NCBI GenBank assembly: GCA_963738405.1
Contig: CAVTWJ010000001.1
Coordinates: forward strand, 18,844 to 82,843
Direction of reading: 5' to 3'
Source: a candidate division FCPU426 bacterium
GTDB taxonomy: Bacteria > Oederibacteriota > Muellerivitia > Muellerivitales > Muellerivitaceae
Length of the DNA: 64,000 nt
Shown: piece after piece, positions 18,491-26,645 of the stretch
Layout of the letters: each line of letters starts with the position of its first letter
How positions within the stretch are numbered: the stretch's first letter is position 1
The notes under the pieces: generated by a model
Databases searched by the model: none
Seen by the model: the letters and a program-made list of their open reading frames with translations, nothing else
Told to the model about the DNA's origin: nothing
Made by a program: the position numbers and the translations under genes

Positions 18491-18575
18491 ATTTTCCTGA
18501 ACAAGTAGGGATAGATAATGTTGGTACTCTTATTTTTGAGACGTGGTTTTATCCTCTTTAATCCAAAGGCTTTCC

Positions 18576-19775
18576 GTGAACGGTGGTTCAATAAAAGGTT
18601 GTGGAAGAAACCTCTGCTCGCTATTGCTTTTATTTCTGCTTTTTCCGCTCGTGCTTTTAACCCAAGGCTGTACCCTTTTGTTCGTGGCCAAGGGTCAAAC
18701 CCGGTACATCGAAAACAAAACCGCTCAGGTTCCACCCGCTGTTTCGCAATCCGCCCAAATGAGCAAGACCGTCGTTTTGAGGTATAAGGTCCAGGAAGGC
18801 GACAGCTTTCAATCGATCGCGGTTCTTTATTACGGGCAGGCGGCCCAAGCGGCTAAGATCGCCTCCGCCAACCACATGACTTTGAAGTCTAAGCTAAAAG
18901 TGGGAAAGTTATTGCGGATTGTGGACCCGGTTAATTTTCCAAGTCCCAAGGACCTGACGAGGTTAAAGACCGGGGCAGGTACCGAAACCCCAACCCCTGA
19001 GCCGGGACCCATTTCCCATCTGGATACTACCCCCGAAAATATAACCCAGGTTCCAAGGCCCAGGGTCAACGGGGCTTTCGGGGCGGGGGAAAAGCTCACT
19101 TTTGAAGTTAAAGCCCTCTCGATGGTTGGGGGCTATGGTGTTTTAGAAGTTGGGGACTCGGTCATGGTTCGGGGGCGCCCCTGTTTTCCGCTTTCCGCCA
19201 GGGCCTCCACGGTTTTTCCCTTCAGCGCCTTTTTCCAGGTGCATGACGTTCAAACCAGCTATTTCGACACCGTGGATTTCGTTCCCTGGAAATTCGAAAA
19301 TGACCTATTGGAAGGAAAGCATCAGGGCCAAAACTTGGAGTTGTACGACCAGGTCCGCCATAAGGCTGTCCGGGCCAAGGGCGGTGAACCGCCTGAAGAA
19401 ATGGATGTGGCGCCTTTCTCGCAAGATATTATTTCCTGCTTTTACTACTTCCGCCTTCTACCCCTGGAGGTTGGGAAGAATTATTCCATCCCCGCCCAGG
19501 CCGCGGGAAAAAACTATAATCTGATCGTGGAAGTCATTAAAAAGGACCATGTGACCGTTCCTTCCGGTACCTATGACTGCCTGCTGGTGAAACCCCATGT
19601 GCGTTACGCCACGGTTTTTCGCAACACGGACGATATCGATATTTGGCTCACCGACGACGAGAGACATTTGCCCGTGTTGGTCCGCAGCAAAATATTTATT
19701 GGAAGCGTGGAAGCGGCCCTCATTAGCGCTAACTTGCCGAAATTTGAGGGTAATGATAAAAAGGCCGGGCTCTAA
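18576..19775 (+). CDS. LysM + DUF3108-domain exported (lipo)protein; start uncertain (18543 or 18576)
   Basis: YKVQEGDSFQSIA...IASAN LysM; GEKLTF, VTVPSGTYDC, IWLTDDERHLPV; TQGC lipobox-like. Confidence 0.8.
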   Translation: MNGGSIKGCGRNLCSLLLLFLLFPLVLLTQGCTLLFVAKGQTRYIENKTAQVPPAVSQSAQMSKTVVLRYKVQEGDSFQSIAVLYYGQAAQAAKIASANHMTLKSKLKVGKLLRIVDPVNFPSPKDLTRLKTGAGTETPTPEPGPISHLDTTPENITQVPRPRVNGAFGAGEKLTFEVKALSMVGGYGVLEVGDSVMVRGRPCFPLSARASTVFPFSAFFQVHDVQTSYFDTVDFVPWKFENDLLEGKHQGQNLELYDQVRHKAVRAKGGEPPEEMDVAPFSQDIISCFYYFRLLPLEVGKNYSIPAQAAGKNYNLIVEVIKKDHVTVPSGTYDCLLVKPHVRYATVFRNTDDIDIWLTDDERHLPVLVRSKIFIGSVEAALISANLPKFEGNDKKAGL

Positions 19776-19816
19776 AGGGACAGGGAAGTTGCCAGTGAAA
19801 AGGGGAGAGCTAAACC

Positions 19817-20383
19817 TTGAAAAGGAATATATTTCTGGCGGTGTTGCTGGCCTTGTTTAGCTTGGAAAAAGCCTGCGCCGAGGGGCCCTTGGTTTCCTCA
19901 ATGCCCGCTCAGCCTATCGAGACCCATATGGACCTGGGGTTATTTGGCCTCTTGGGCGGGTCCATGGAATATTCCGTTGATAGCAAGAAAATCACGCGTT
20001 ATGAGGATTTTAAATTCTACATTTATCCCATCCGAGACGCTGAAGCCTCCCAACTGATCCGTGAGGCTGAAGCGGATCACTTTGCGGCTGAAATGTTTTA
20101 TGGTTCCGGCATTGTCTGCGGTTTGGATGTAGCCTTGTTTTTAAATCCGACGCCCTTTGTTCATGTCGATTGGATCGACCGGATTGGGACAGGGGTTTTT
20201 GTGGCTCAGCTTTTCGTGGCCGTCGGCGCTCTCTTTGACACGAACGGGGAAGGGCGTAAATACAACGCGGTTCAGCGCTACAACCATTTGGCCCTCGAAA
20301 AAAAAGAGACGTTCCTGGGGCTCACTCCTCAAGTTGACCTGGGTCAAAAGAGCCCTGAATTTGTCCTGTCAAAAACCTTTTAA
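19817..20383 (+). CDS. Hypothetical exported protein
   Basis: Signal peptide MKRNIFLAVLLALF; two internal hydrophobic helices; C-terminal Phe. Confidence 0.7.
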   Translation: MKRNIFLAVLLALFSLEKACAEGPLVSSMPAQPIETHMDLGLFGLLGGSMEYSVDSKKITRYEDFKFYIYPIRDAEASQLIREAEADHFAAEMFYGSGIVCGLDVALFLNPTPFVHVDWIDRIGTGVFVAQLFVAVGALFDTNGEGRKYNAVQRYNHLALEKKETFLGLTPQVDLGQKSPEFVLSKTF

Positions 20384-20469
20384 TTCAAACCCTTCTGTCG
20401 AATATTTTTACAAGGTGTGATAATGATGGCGTGGCAGTCCCAGACGAACCGCAAGGATAATGACACCCC

Positions 20470-21084
20470 ATGCTTAAACAACTCGCGGCGGCGCTGCTGA
20501 TGCTGGTTTGGTTTTTGTCGGTCAGCTATCTCGCCATTCTCACCAACTGGTTTCAGGAAGGCCTCTCCCTAGAAGCGTCCATGGTCGCGACTCCCCTTTT
20601 TATTAACGCGGCATTGACCACCTTTTTGACGGTTTGGGCCTACTTTTCCCAAAGCAAGGTCCTTTTATGGATGGGTTTTTTAGCCGCCATCATTGGGGGC
20701 GGTTTTGTGGTCCACAGGCAAATGGTGGTCTTTGGCGAAATGCCGTCTTTGAATATGAACCAAGTCAGCAAAAGCCCGGTGGGGGTGCTTCAAACCCAAA
20801 AGGGCGAAGTGGATTACTGGATAGAGCTCAAAAACCCTTTTACGACGGGCCATGCGGAATTTTTGATGATCAAACAGGGAAGCGACTACCACACAGTCAC
20901 GGTCCCGATCTTCAATGGGCCCACGAGGGGTTATGCCGAAGCGGCCAAGGTGGAAGACTGGGGCAAATTAGCGCCTACCGCCAAGCCCGATCTATTCATC
21001 TTTACGGTCAATAAAAGTCTCTCTTCCGCGGGGCGCTTTAGGGTGAATTTGAAGACCGAAAAAGCCGTGAAGATGAGGTCTTGA
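20470..21084 (+). CDS. Hypothetical membrane protein
   Basis: Three TM segments followed by a soluble beta-rich domain. Confidence 0.7.
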   Translation: MLKQLAAALLMLVWFLSVSYLAILTNWFQEGLSLEASMVATPLFINAALTTFLTVWAYFSQSKVLLWMGFLAAIIGGGFVVHRQMVVFGEMPSLNMNQVSKSPVGVLQTQKGEVDYWIELKNPFTTGHAEFLMIKQGSDYHTVTVPIFNGPTRGYAEAAKVEDWGKLAPTAKPDLFIFTVNKSLSSAGRFRVNLKTEKAVKMRS

Positions 21085-21206
21085 GGGGGCGGATTTAGTT
21101 ATTTTCTTCCCCTCAACGTAACATTTCCGCGTTTCCCGCAGTATGTTAAACAGATTATATTTTCCGTTTCTCATTCGCAGAACCACACCATCCCCAGGGG
21201 GAAAAA

Positions 21207-21851
21207 ATGACAAAGTCTTTGATCATCGGCTTCGTTACGATTTTTTTATTGGCGGTGTTGGTAACAATCGTCCGGGCCTCCGCGGACCCATATCCCGTGG
21301 CGCCCTCGGCCCAGGAAGTTCATCCTCTGGGGGTAGGCGGAACGGTTCCGGATGGCACCCTTACCACTCTTGAAGGTAAGAAGGTGAGGCTTCTAAACCT
21401 CATCGCGCAAAAACCAACCGTGATTATCTTTTACCGGGGCGGCTGGTGCCCCTACTGCAACCTGCAAATGGGCCAGCTGGTAAAAATAGAACCCGAACTG
21501 GCGGGAATGGGCTACCAGGTTTTGGCCATCAGCCCGGACCAGCCCAAGAAGCTGAAAGAAAGCCTCGATAAGCACCAGATCAACTACACCCTTTTATCGG
21601 ACAGTGCCCTGGAGGTCATCCGCAAATTCGGCCTGGCCTACCAGGTGAGCCCAGAAATATACGGCAAGATGAAAGGGTTTGGGGTCGATTTGGATGGCGC
21701 CACGGGCAACCATCTGCACCAGCTTCCGGTGCCGGCCGCCTACGTGGTGGATCCAAGGGGAAGCATTCATTTTGTTTATTACAACCAGGACATCAAGGTT
21801 CGTGTGAACCCGGATGCCCTTTTAAAAGCCGCTAAGGAGGCCAAACCATGA
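21207..21851 (+). CDS. AhpC/TSA peroxiredoxin-like exported protein
   Basis: FYRGGWCPYCN, LAISPD, LLSD, LPVPAAYVVD. Confidence 0.9.
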   Translation: MTKSLIIGFVTIFLLAVLVTIVRASADPYPVAPSAQEVHPLGVGGTVPDGTLTTLEGKKVRLLNLIAQKPTVIIFYRGGWCPYCNLQMGQLVKIEPELAGMGYQVLAISPDQPKKLKESLDKHQINYTLLSDSALEVIRKFGLAYQVSPEIYGKMKGFGVDLDGATGNHLHQLPVPAAYVVDPRGSIHFVYYNQDIKVRVNPDALLKAAKEAKP

Positions 21852-22201
21852 AGGTCATCAGCGCGAAGGTTCACGGCTTTTTAGATTATTTGGTCGTTTT
21901 GATATTTCTTGTTGCGCCCTCGGCGCTCCATTTGTCGATGGTGCCGGGCGCCATTTCCTATACCCTGGCGGGGGTTCACTTAGGGTTAACCCTGCTGACC
22001 GATTTTCCCCTGGGCGCCTTCAAGCTGGTTCCCTTGAAATGGCATGGCATGGTCGAAATGATCGTGGGACCCGCGTTGATCGCCCTGCCATTTATCCTTG
22101 GCTTCACCTCCGAACCCGCGGCGGAATATTTTTACGTCGTGAACGGGGCCGTGATCCTAGTGGTTTGGTTTTTAACGGATTATTCCACCGCCAAAGGCTA
22201 G
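21848..22201 (+). CDS. Small four-TM membrane protein (SPW-repeat-like)
   Basis: HGFLDY, LLTDFPLG, HGMVE pattern; ATGA overlap with the upstream gene. Confidence 0.75.
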   Translation: MKVISAKVHGFLDYLVVLIFLVAPSALHLSMVPGAISYTLAGVHLGLTLLTDFPLGAFKLVPLKWHGMVEMIVGPALIALPFILGFTSEPAAEYFYVVNGAVILVVWFLTDYSTAKG

Positions 22202-22207
22202 TAAAAG

Positions 22208-22846
22208 CTGATAAAGCCAAACGGGTCCCTAGTCCTTTTCTTTCTCCTGGCTTTGCCCGCCTGCCGGGCTCAATCCAACTACCCGGATAAACCGGGAACT
22301 CTCTTCATCCGCCAGCAAATCTGCGACCTTAATGACTTTAAAAAGGGTTTCTTCAGCCCGAAGAACGACCTCAAGGGCCGGGGTTTCCTGTCCTATGGCT
22401 TTTACCGCGATCCCGGCGACCCCAAGACCTATATCATTACCCTCACATGCACGGATCTGAATCGGGCGGTCACCTTTATCCAAAGTTCCAACTTTTACGT
22501 GTCCTGCGTGGGGGCGGGGCTTGGCTTGCCGGTGATTTGGGCCGGGGAGGATGAGAAGGTAAGCCCCTATACGGGCATCCCCCCTAAGCCGGGCGCCATA
22601 GTCGTGGCCCGGGTGGAGGTGGGGAACCCCACTTTCTGGGAAAAGGCTTGGAAGGATGTAGCTGGTTACAGCATGTATGAGCTTCCCGAAAGGCCCGGTG
22701 TGGTAATCCTATCCCGTAAGATGCCGGATATGGCCCAGGCCAGGGCGTTCGTAAGGGCCCAGTCCTTAAAAAGCACCATGGAGGCCGAAGGGGTTACCCG
22801 GATGGACTTCTGGGTTGGGGGTAGGCTGGAGGAAGGGGCTTTTTAG
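22208..22846 (+). CDS. Hypothetical lipoprotein (start uncertain: CTG 22208, ATA 22211 or TTG 22253)
   Basis: In-frame upstream extension LIKPNGSLVLFFLLALPAC forms a lipoprotein signal. Confidence 0.55.
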   Translation: MIKPNGSLVLFFLLALPACRAQSNYPDKPGTLFIRQQICDLNDFKKGFFSPKNDLKGRGFLSYGFYRDPGDPKTYIITLTCTDLNRAVTFIQSSNFYVSCVGAGLGLPVIWAGEDEKVSPYTGIPPKPGAIVVARVEVGNPTFWEKAWKDVAGYSMYELPERPGVVILSRKMPDMAQARAFVRAQSLKSTMEAEGVTRMDFWVGGRLEEGAF

Positions 22847-22856
22847 ACCCGGACGT

Positions 22857-22893
22857 CAGGTTGAATTGATCGTATTACGATCAATTCAACCTG
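22857..22893. repeat. Perfect 37-bp palindrome
   Basis: CAGGTTGAATTGATCGTA-T-TACGATCAATTCAACCTG. Confidence 0.95.
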
Positions 22894-22899
22894 CTTGCT

Positions 22900-22934
22900 G
22901 CCAATTAATCGTCAGGGCCTGACGATTAATTGGC
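22900..22934. repeat. Perfect 35-bp palindrome
   Basis: GCCAATTAATCGTCAGG-G-CCTGACGATTAATTGGC. Confidence 0.95.
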
Positions 22935-22984
22935 CGCGAGACTGTCCAACACATGGCACCAAACCCGATCCTCAGTGCCTCAGC

Positions 22985-23106
22985 TAAATCTTCGCTTAAT
23001 TAAATTAGATCCTCGCTTAATGACACAAAATCTTCGCTTAATTGGGATTAAATCTTCGCTTAATTAGGCCAATTCCTCGCTTAATTGGTCCAAATTCTCG
23101 CTTAAT
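22985..23106. repeat. Six-unit 21/22-bp tandem repeat (core TCGCTTAAT)
   Basis: Core starts at 22992, 23013, 23034, 23056, 23077 and 23098. Confidence 0.95.
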
Positions 23107-23157
23107 AAAGGGTTTTTTGCGTAAAATTGGGTTGTTTAAAACACTCCTTATTACGCC

Positions 23158-23247
23158 ATTGTGCCAAAGGCGGGGTCGGGTTGGCACAATACGGTCGCCG
23201 TGGCACGATCCCTTGGCACGATAGGGTGGCACAATAAGTGGCACGAT
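23158..23247. repeat. TGGCACRAT repeat cluster (5 direct, 1 inverted)
   Basis: Direct copies at 23182, 23201, 23214, 23227 and 23239; inverted ATTGTGCCAA at 23158. Confidence 0.9.
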
Positions 23248-23326
23248 TCGCTTTTCCGGTTCTTTGGCCGTAAAACCCCTTCAAGGGGGTAAAGTAACTT
23301 TCAAAAGGGTTTGAAAAGGGGAAACC

Positions 23327-23902
23327 GTGCAAAGAGGCAGGTTAGAGGCTTTCAGCGATGGTGTCTTGGCCATCATCATTACCATTATGGTGCTGGATTT
23401 AAGGCCTCCCCATAGCGGGGAACTGACGGCCCTGCGGCCCGTTTTGCCCAACCTGATCAGTTACGCCCTTAGCTTTACCTACGTTGGCATTTACTGGAGC
23501 AACCATCACCACATGTTTCAAGCCGTCAAAGGGGTAAACGGCAAAATCCTGTTGGCTAATTTACACCTGCTTTTTTGGCTTTCCCTTACGCCCTTTGCCA
23601 CGGCTTGGCTCGCCCAGGTGGGTATCTCCACTTGGCCGGTAGCTCTCTACGGGATGGTCCTTTTTTTATCCGCCATTTCCTACACGATTCTTTTGAGAAC
23701 CCTGATTGCCCATCATGGAAAGGATTCTGTTCTGGCCAAGGCTATTGGCTCGGATTTCAAAGGGAATCTTTCTATCGGGCTTTATGTTACCGGGATTCTT
23801 TTAGCTTTCGTGTTTCCCTGGGTATCTTACGGACTTTATTTCATAGTGGCCGTTATCTGGATCGTTCCCGACCAAAGGATTGAAAAACTACTTTCCAAAT
23901 AG
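23327..23902 (+). CDS. TMEM175-family (DUF1211) K+ channel-like protein
   Basis: RLEAFSDGVLAIIITIMVL, YWSNHH, LSLTPFATAW. Confidence 0.93.
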   Translation: MQRGRLEAFSDGVLAIIITIMVLDLRPPHSGELTALRPVLPNLISYALSFTYVGIYWSNHHHMFQAVKGVNGKILLANLHLLFWLSLTPFATAWLAQVGISTWPVALYGMVLFLSAISYTILLRTLIAHHGKDSVLAKAIGSDFKGNLSIGLYVTGILLAFVFPWVSYGLYFIVAVIWIVPDQRIEKLLSK

Positions 23903-24041
23903 TTTATCCGGCGTCTTTTTGCGGGACTATCGTTGTATTGGGTTTAAGGTTTTGCCCATGACGGGAATCCAGAATGGACAATCATTTAAAATAAGTCCAA
24001 ATTACCGGTTCATATTCGAAATCCCAAAGGATTAAGAAAAT

Positions 24042-24923
24042 ATGATGAGGAGAAATATTATTTGGTTCAAAGCGGGTCTTTTAGGGATTCTTTTATTCTC
24101 GTTCCAATCCTGCGCCCCTCACGAACCTCCCTATCGATTGTTTCCCGAAAACTTTTCTTGGGGGGAATACCAGGTAGAAAAGATGCTTCGGGACCGACCT
24201 GTTATGGCCAAGTACGTCCAAAAAGGGGACAAGGTTTGGGGTTGGACGGTCCGTCAGTTCGCGGGGGAATGGATAAAAGGGGGTATTGAATGGGATCCGA
24301 CGGACCCTAAACCGCTTTGGGACGCCATGTATTATGGGGCCGATGGAATCAACAAGGCACGCGTACAAGTGACGGCATTGTCGGCCATGAGGCATTTCCA
24401 TTTTGGAAAGCCCAAGGAAGGGCCCGAATTGTGGTATGACCTCGTGTTTGAACTTTGTAATGTACAGGGTTTTGAAAAAAAAAGGGAGATCAATCACCTT
24501 GCCGATACGGAAAAAATCGGGGAAGAGGAATATTGTTTCCGCGCCTATCTGGAGGAGGCGGTGGACACCAGGCAGAAAGTTCGTCATTTTTTTATGGATT
24601 TGTGGGTCCCAAATTGCAAAAGGCTCTCCCTTTATCCCTGGGACGAATTCATGAAATATGCCGACAACGTCGGAGTCCCCGTTTGGACCTCCCGAGAATT
24701 CATGAATAAATATTTCAGCGTCGATTATACCCATCCAGTGAAAAGAAACGGTTTCCAAGAGGACTTTTGCTACCACCACGAATTTTACAAAAAGCAGTAT
24801 GAGGACCAGGTGGTTCCCCTGCTTAAAAGCAGCCTAACCCCCATTCCCACGCCCATGACCTTGCCTGATTTGAGGAAAAAGTTGGCCGTGGAATTGCCGC
24901 CTGAGGAAAAATTACGGTCCTAA
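24042..24923 (+). CDS. Hypothetical lipoprotein
   Basis: Lipobox FQSC; aromatic-rich; no family recognised. Confidence 0.7.
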   Translation: MMRRNIIWFKAGLLGILLFSFQSCAPHEPPYRLFPENFSWGEYQVEKMLRDRPVMAKYVQKGDKVWGWTVRQFAGEWIKGGIEWDPTDPKPLWDAMYYGADGINKARVQVTALSAMRHFHFGKPKEGPELWYDLVFELCNVQGFEKKREINHLADTEKIGEEEYCFRAYLEEAVDTRQKVRHFFMDLWVPNCKRLSLYPWDEFMKYADNVGVPVWTSREFMNKYFSVDYTHPVKRNGFQEDFCYHHEFYKKQYEDQVVPLLKSSLTPIPTPMTLPDLRKKLAVELPPEEKLRS

Positions 24924-25172
24924 ATCCGGAGAGCCTGTCCACGAAGGGGAGGGGTTTCGAAAATTGGAACGTGGGAACTTACTGGGAATTCCCACTTGGG
25001 GATAACGGTTCTAAACTCGTCCAATGCGGGGACCCGGATTGGACAAATCGTGCCGTACCCACCCTTTCATTATCTCTCCAATCTTCCTATTGTGATGTTT
25101 CGCTTCTCCATTGGGCGAATCCGTGGGCAATTTACCGGTTTTAAGCTTGGATGAACAAACAAAAAGGACAAT

Positions 25173-25382
25173 ATGGCCAACCAAACAAATGTTTTGAAGT
25201 CGTTCGTCTCGATAGTTGATATTCATGGGTTAAAACACAGCGTTAATCTCGCAAACGTCACCCACATTTATTTTGAGGAACGAAACTTAACGACCATTAA
25301 ATTCGTGAATGAAACGGACATCAATTTTGATCTGACAAAGCATCCGTTGCTATTGAAGTTGTTCCATAAAGTGGCGCTGTAA
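25173..25382 (+). CDS. Small hypothetical protein (AT-rich)
   Basis: 69 aa with AAAGGA RBS; AT-rich codons. Confidence 0.55.
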   Translation: MANQTNVLKSFVSIVDIHGLKHSVNLANVTHIYFEERNLTTIKFVNETDINFDLTKHPLLLKLFHKVAL

Positions 25383-25418
25383 TTAAAGCTGTCTAAACGA
25401 CATCGAAATAAATAATAT

Positions 25419-26039
25419 TCAAGGGGCTCCTGCAGAAGGGAATTGGTAACGGTCAAGGGGAGAACTAGGCAACTGATAATCCTCTACCCAAGGCATGTGT
25501 AAAAAGCCCTGCCGGACGCTCAATTCTAATTTTGACCCCGGCCCCAGGGTGTAATAGAGGGCGGGGGTTACCAGCAATTCGCAGGTATCCTTATCGTTGT
25601 CCCAATTCATAAAATAAATCAAATGGGCCATGGGGCTAGGCCCTTCCTTGAAACTTCCCCCCAAGGCCGATATTTTTTTATCCGTCACCACGATCGTTTG
25701 GGCTTGGGATGGGGAAAAATCCAATAGCCCATTCACCAATTGAACGCTGAACCGGAAAAAGCAGGTCAGCAGGAACCAAAAGACCAAGAAAACCGTCCAC
25801 ACTATGGCCGACGGTATCTTTTCCTTAAGGGCTTCTTTTATGAGGTTCTTGAAGAGTTGGTAACAAAGACCGAGGGATAGGGCGCCGCTGATGAGATCAA
25901 CCCACCAAAAATCCGTATGGCTGACAAGCCGGTAGAAAATGCCGCATAAGACGTATTCCGCAACGAGCACCGCGATGAAGAGAACGAATAGTTTGAAGTA
26001 GAGATAGGCGCGGCTGGTTTGCATAGCGGTGAAATACAC
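25419..26039 (-). CDS. Hypothetical membrane protein
   Basis: Three TM segments then an OB-like beta tail (NGLLDFS...RQGFLHMPW). Confidence 0.7.
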   Translation of the reverse strand: MYFTAMQTSRAYLYFKLFVLFIAVLVAEYVLCGIFYRLVSHTDFWWVDLISGALSLGLCYQLFKNLIKEALKEKIPSAIVWTVFLVFWFLLTCFFRFSVQLVNGLLDFSPSQAQTIVVTDKKISALGGSFKEGPSPMAHLIYFMNWDNDKDTCELLVTPALYYTLGPGSKLELSVRQGFLHMPWVEDYQLPSSPLDRYQFPSAGAP

Positions 26040-26199
26040 CTTTCAAAATAAGTTTAATCGCCCGACTGATTTTCTCTAAGGCATTTCAAGCCGAATCATT
26101 GTGGGGTGGTCCGGGTCTCGATTTTTTAGATACCCGCTGGAAAACAACGCCTCTTTTAGGTCATAATCCCATTCGTCACCGCTATCCCAGGAGGAAAGT

Positions 26200-26478
26200 A
26201 TGTCCGTCAAAGTCCTTATTCCCACGCCCCTTCGCAACCTGACCCAAAACCAAGCCGAGGTATCCGCCGATGGCGCCACCATCGGGGAAATTATTGAAAG
26301 CCTTGGAAAAAACCACGACGGTTTGAAAGGCCGAATTCTGGATGAAAACGGCAAGATCCGCCGGTTCGTGAACATCTATTTAAACGAAGAAGACATTCGT
26401 TTTCTGCAGGGCGAAGCCACGGCCGTGAAGGAAGGTGACCAAATTTCCATCGTACCCGCCATCGCCGGCGGGAAGTAA
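26200..26478 (+). CDS. MoaD/ThiS/CysO-family ubiquitin-like sulfur carrier
   Basis: IPTPLR, RRFVNIYLNEEDIRFL, C-terminus IVPAIAGG-K; AGGAGG RBS. Confidence 0.93.
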   Translation: MSVKVLIPTPLRNLTQNQAEVSADGATIGEIIESLGKNHDGLKGRILDENGKIRRFVNIYLNEEDIRFLQGEATAVKEGDQISIVPAIAGGK

Positions 26479-26487
26479 CAGCCAATA

Positions 26488-26619
26488 TTCACCACCAAGG
26501 CACCAAGTAATGCAAAACGAATTTTGGGTTAACCCTCTAAAGACCTATTTAAAGAAGTAAAGATTTTTTAAAACTAAACATTTTGCTTTTCTTGGTGACT
26601 TGGTGTCTTGGTGGTTCAA
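26488..26619. repeat. CACCAAG-octamer inverted-repeat element, copy 2
   Basis: TTCACCACCAAGGCACCAAG...TTTTCTTGGTGACTTGGTGTCTTGGTGGT; right arm shares 29 identical nt with copy 1, interior unrelated. Confidence 0.85.
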
Positions 26620-26645
26620 TAGCTTTTGGGATTTGAGGTGTTTTT

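Noticed and set aside
22857-22934. Protelomerase/telomere-resolution sites
   Set aside because: Both palindromes have an unpaired central base, unlike replicated hairpin-telomere junctions, and no resolvase gene is in the window
22985-23106. CRISPR array
   Set aside because: Constant part is only 9-15 nt, the variable part is 6-12 nt and partly similar, the period is 21 nt, and no cas genes are present
23042-23224. 60-aa ORF across the repeats
   Set aside because: TTG start without RBS inside the array; the sequence is a by-product of the DNA repeat and the 22-nt step breaks frame continuity
23182-23255. Sigma54 promoters (TGGCAC)
   Set aside because: None has TTGC at the required -12 spacing
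13769-26199. Integron cassette array or prophage
   Set aside because: Mixed gene orientation, no recurring attC (RYYYAAC...GTTRRRY) pattern seen, no integrase or phage genes
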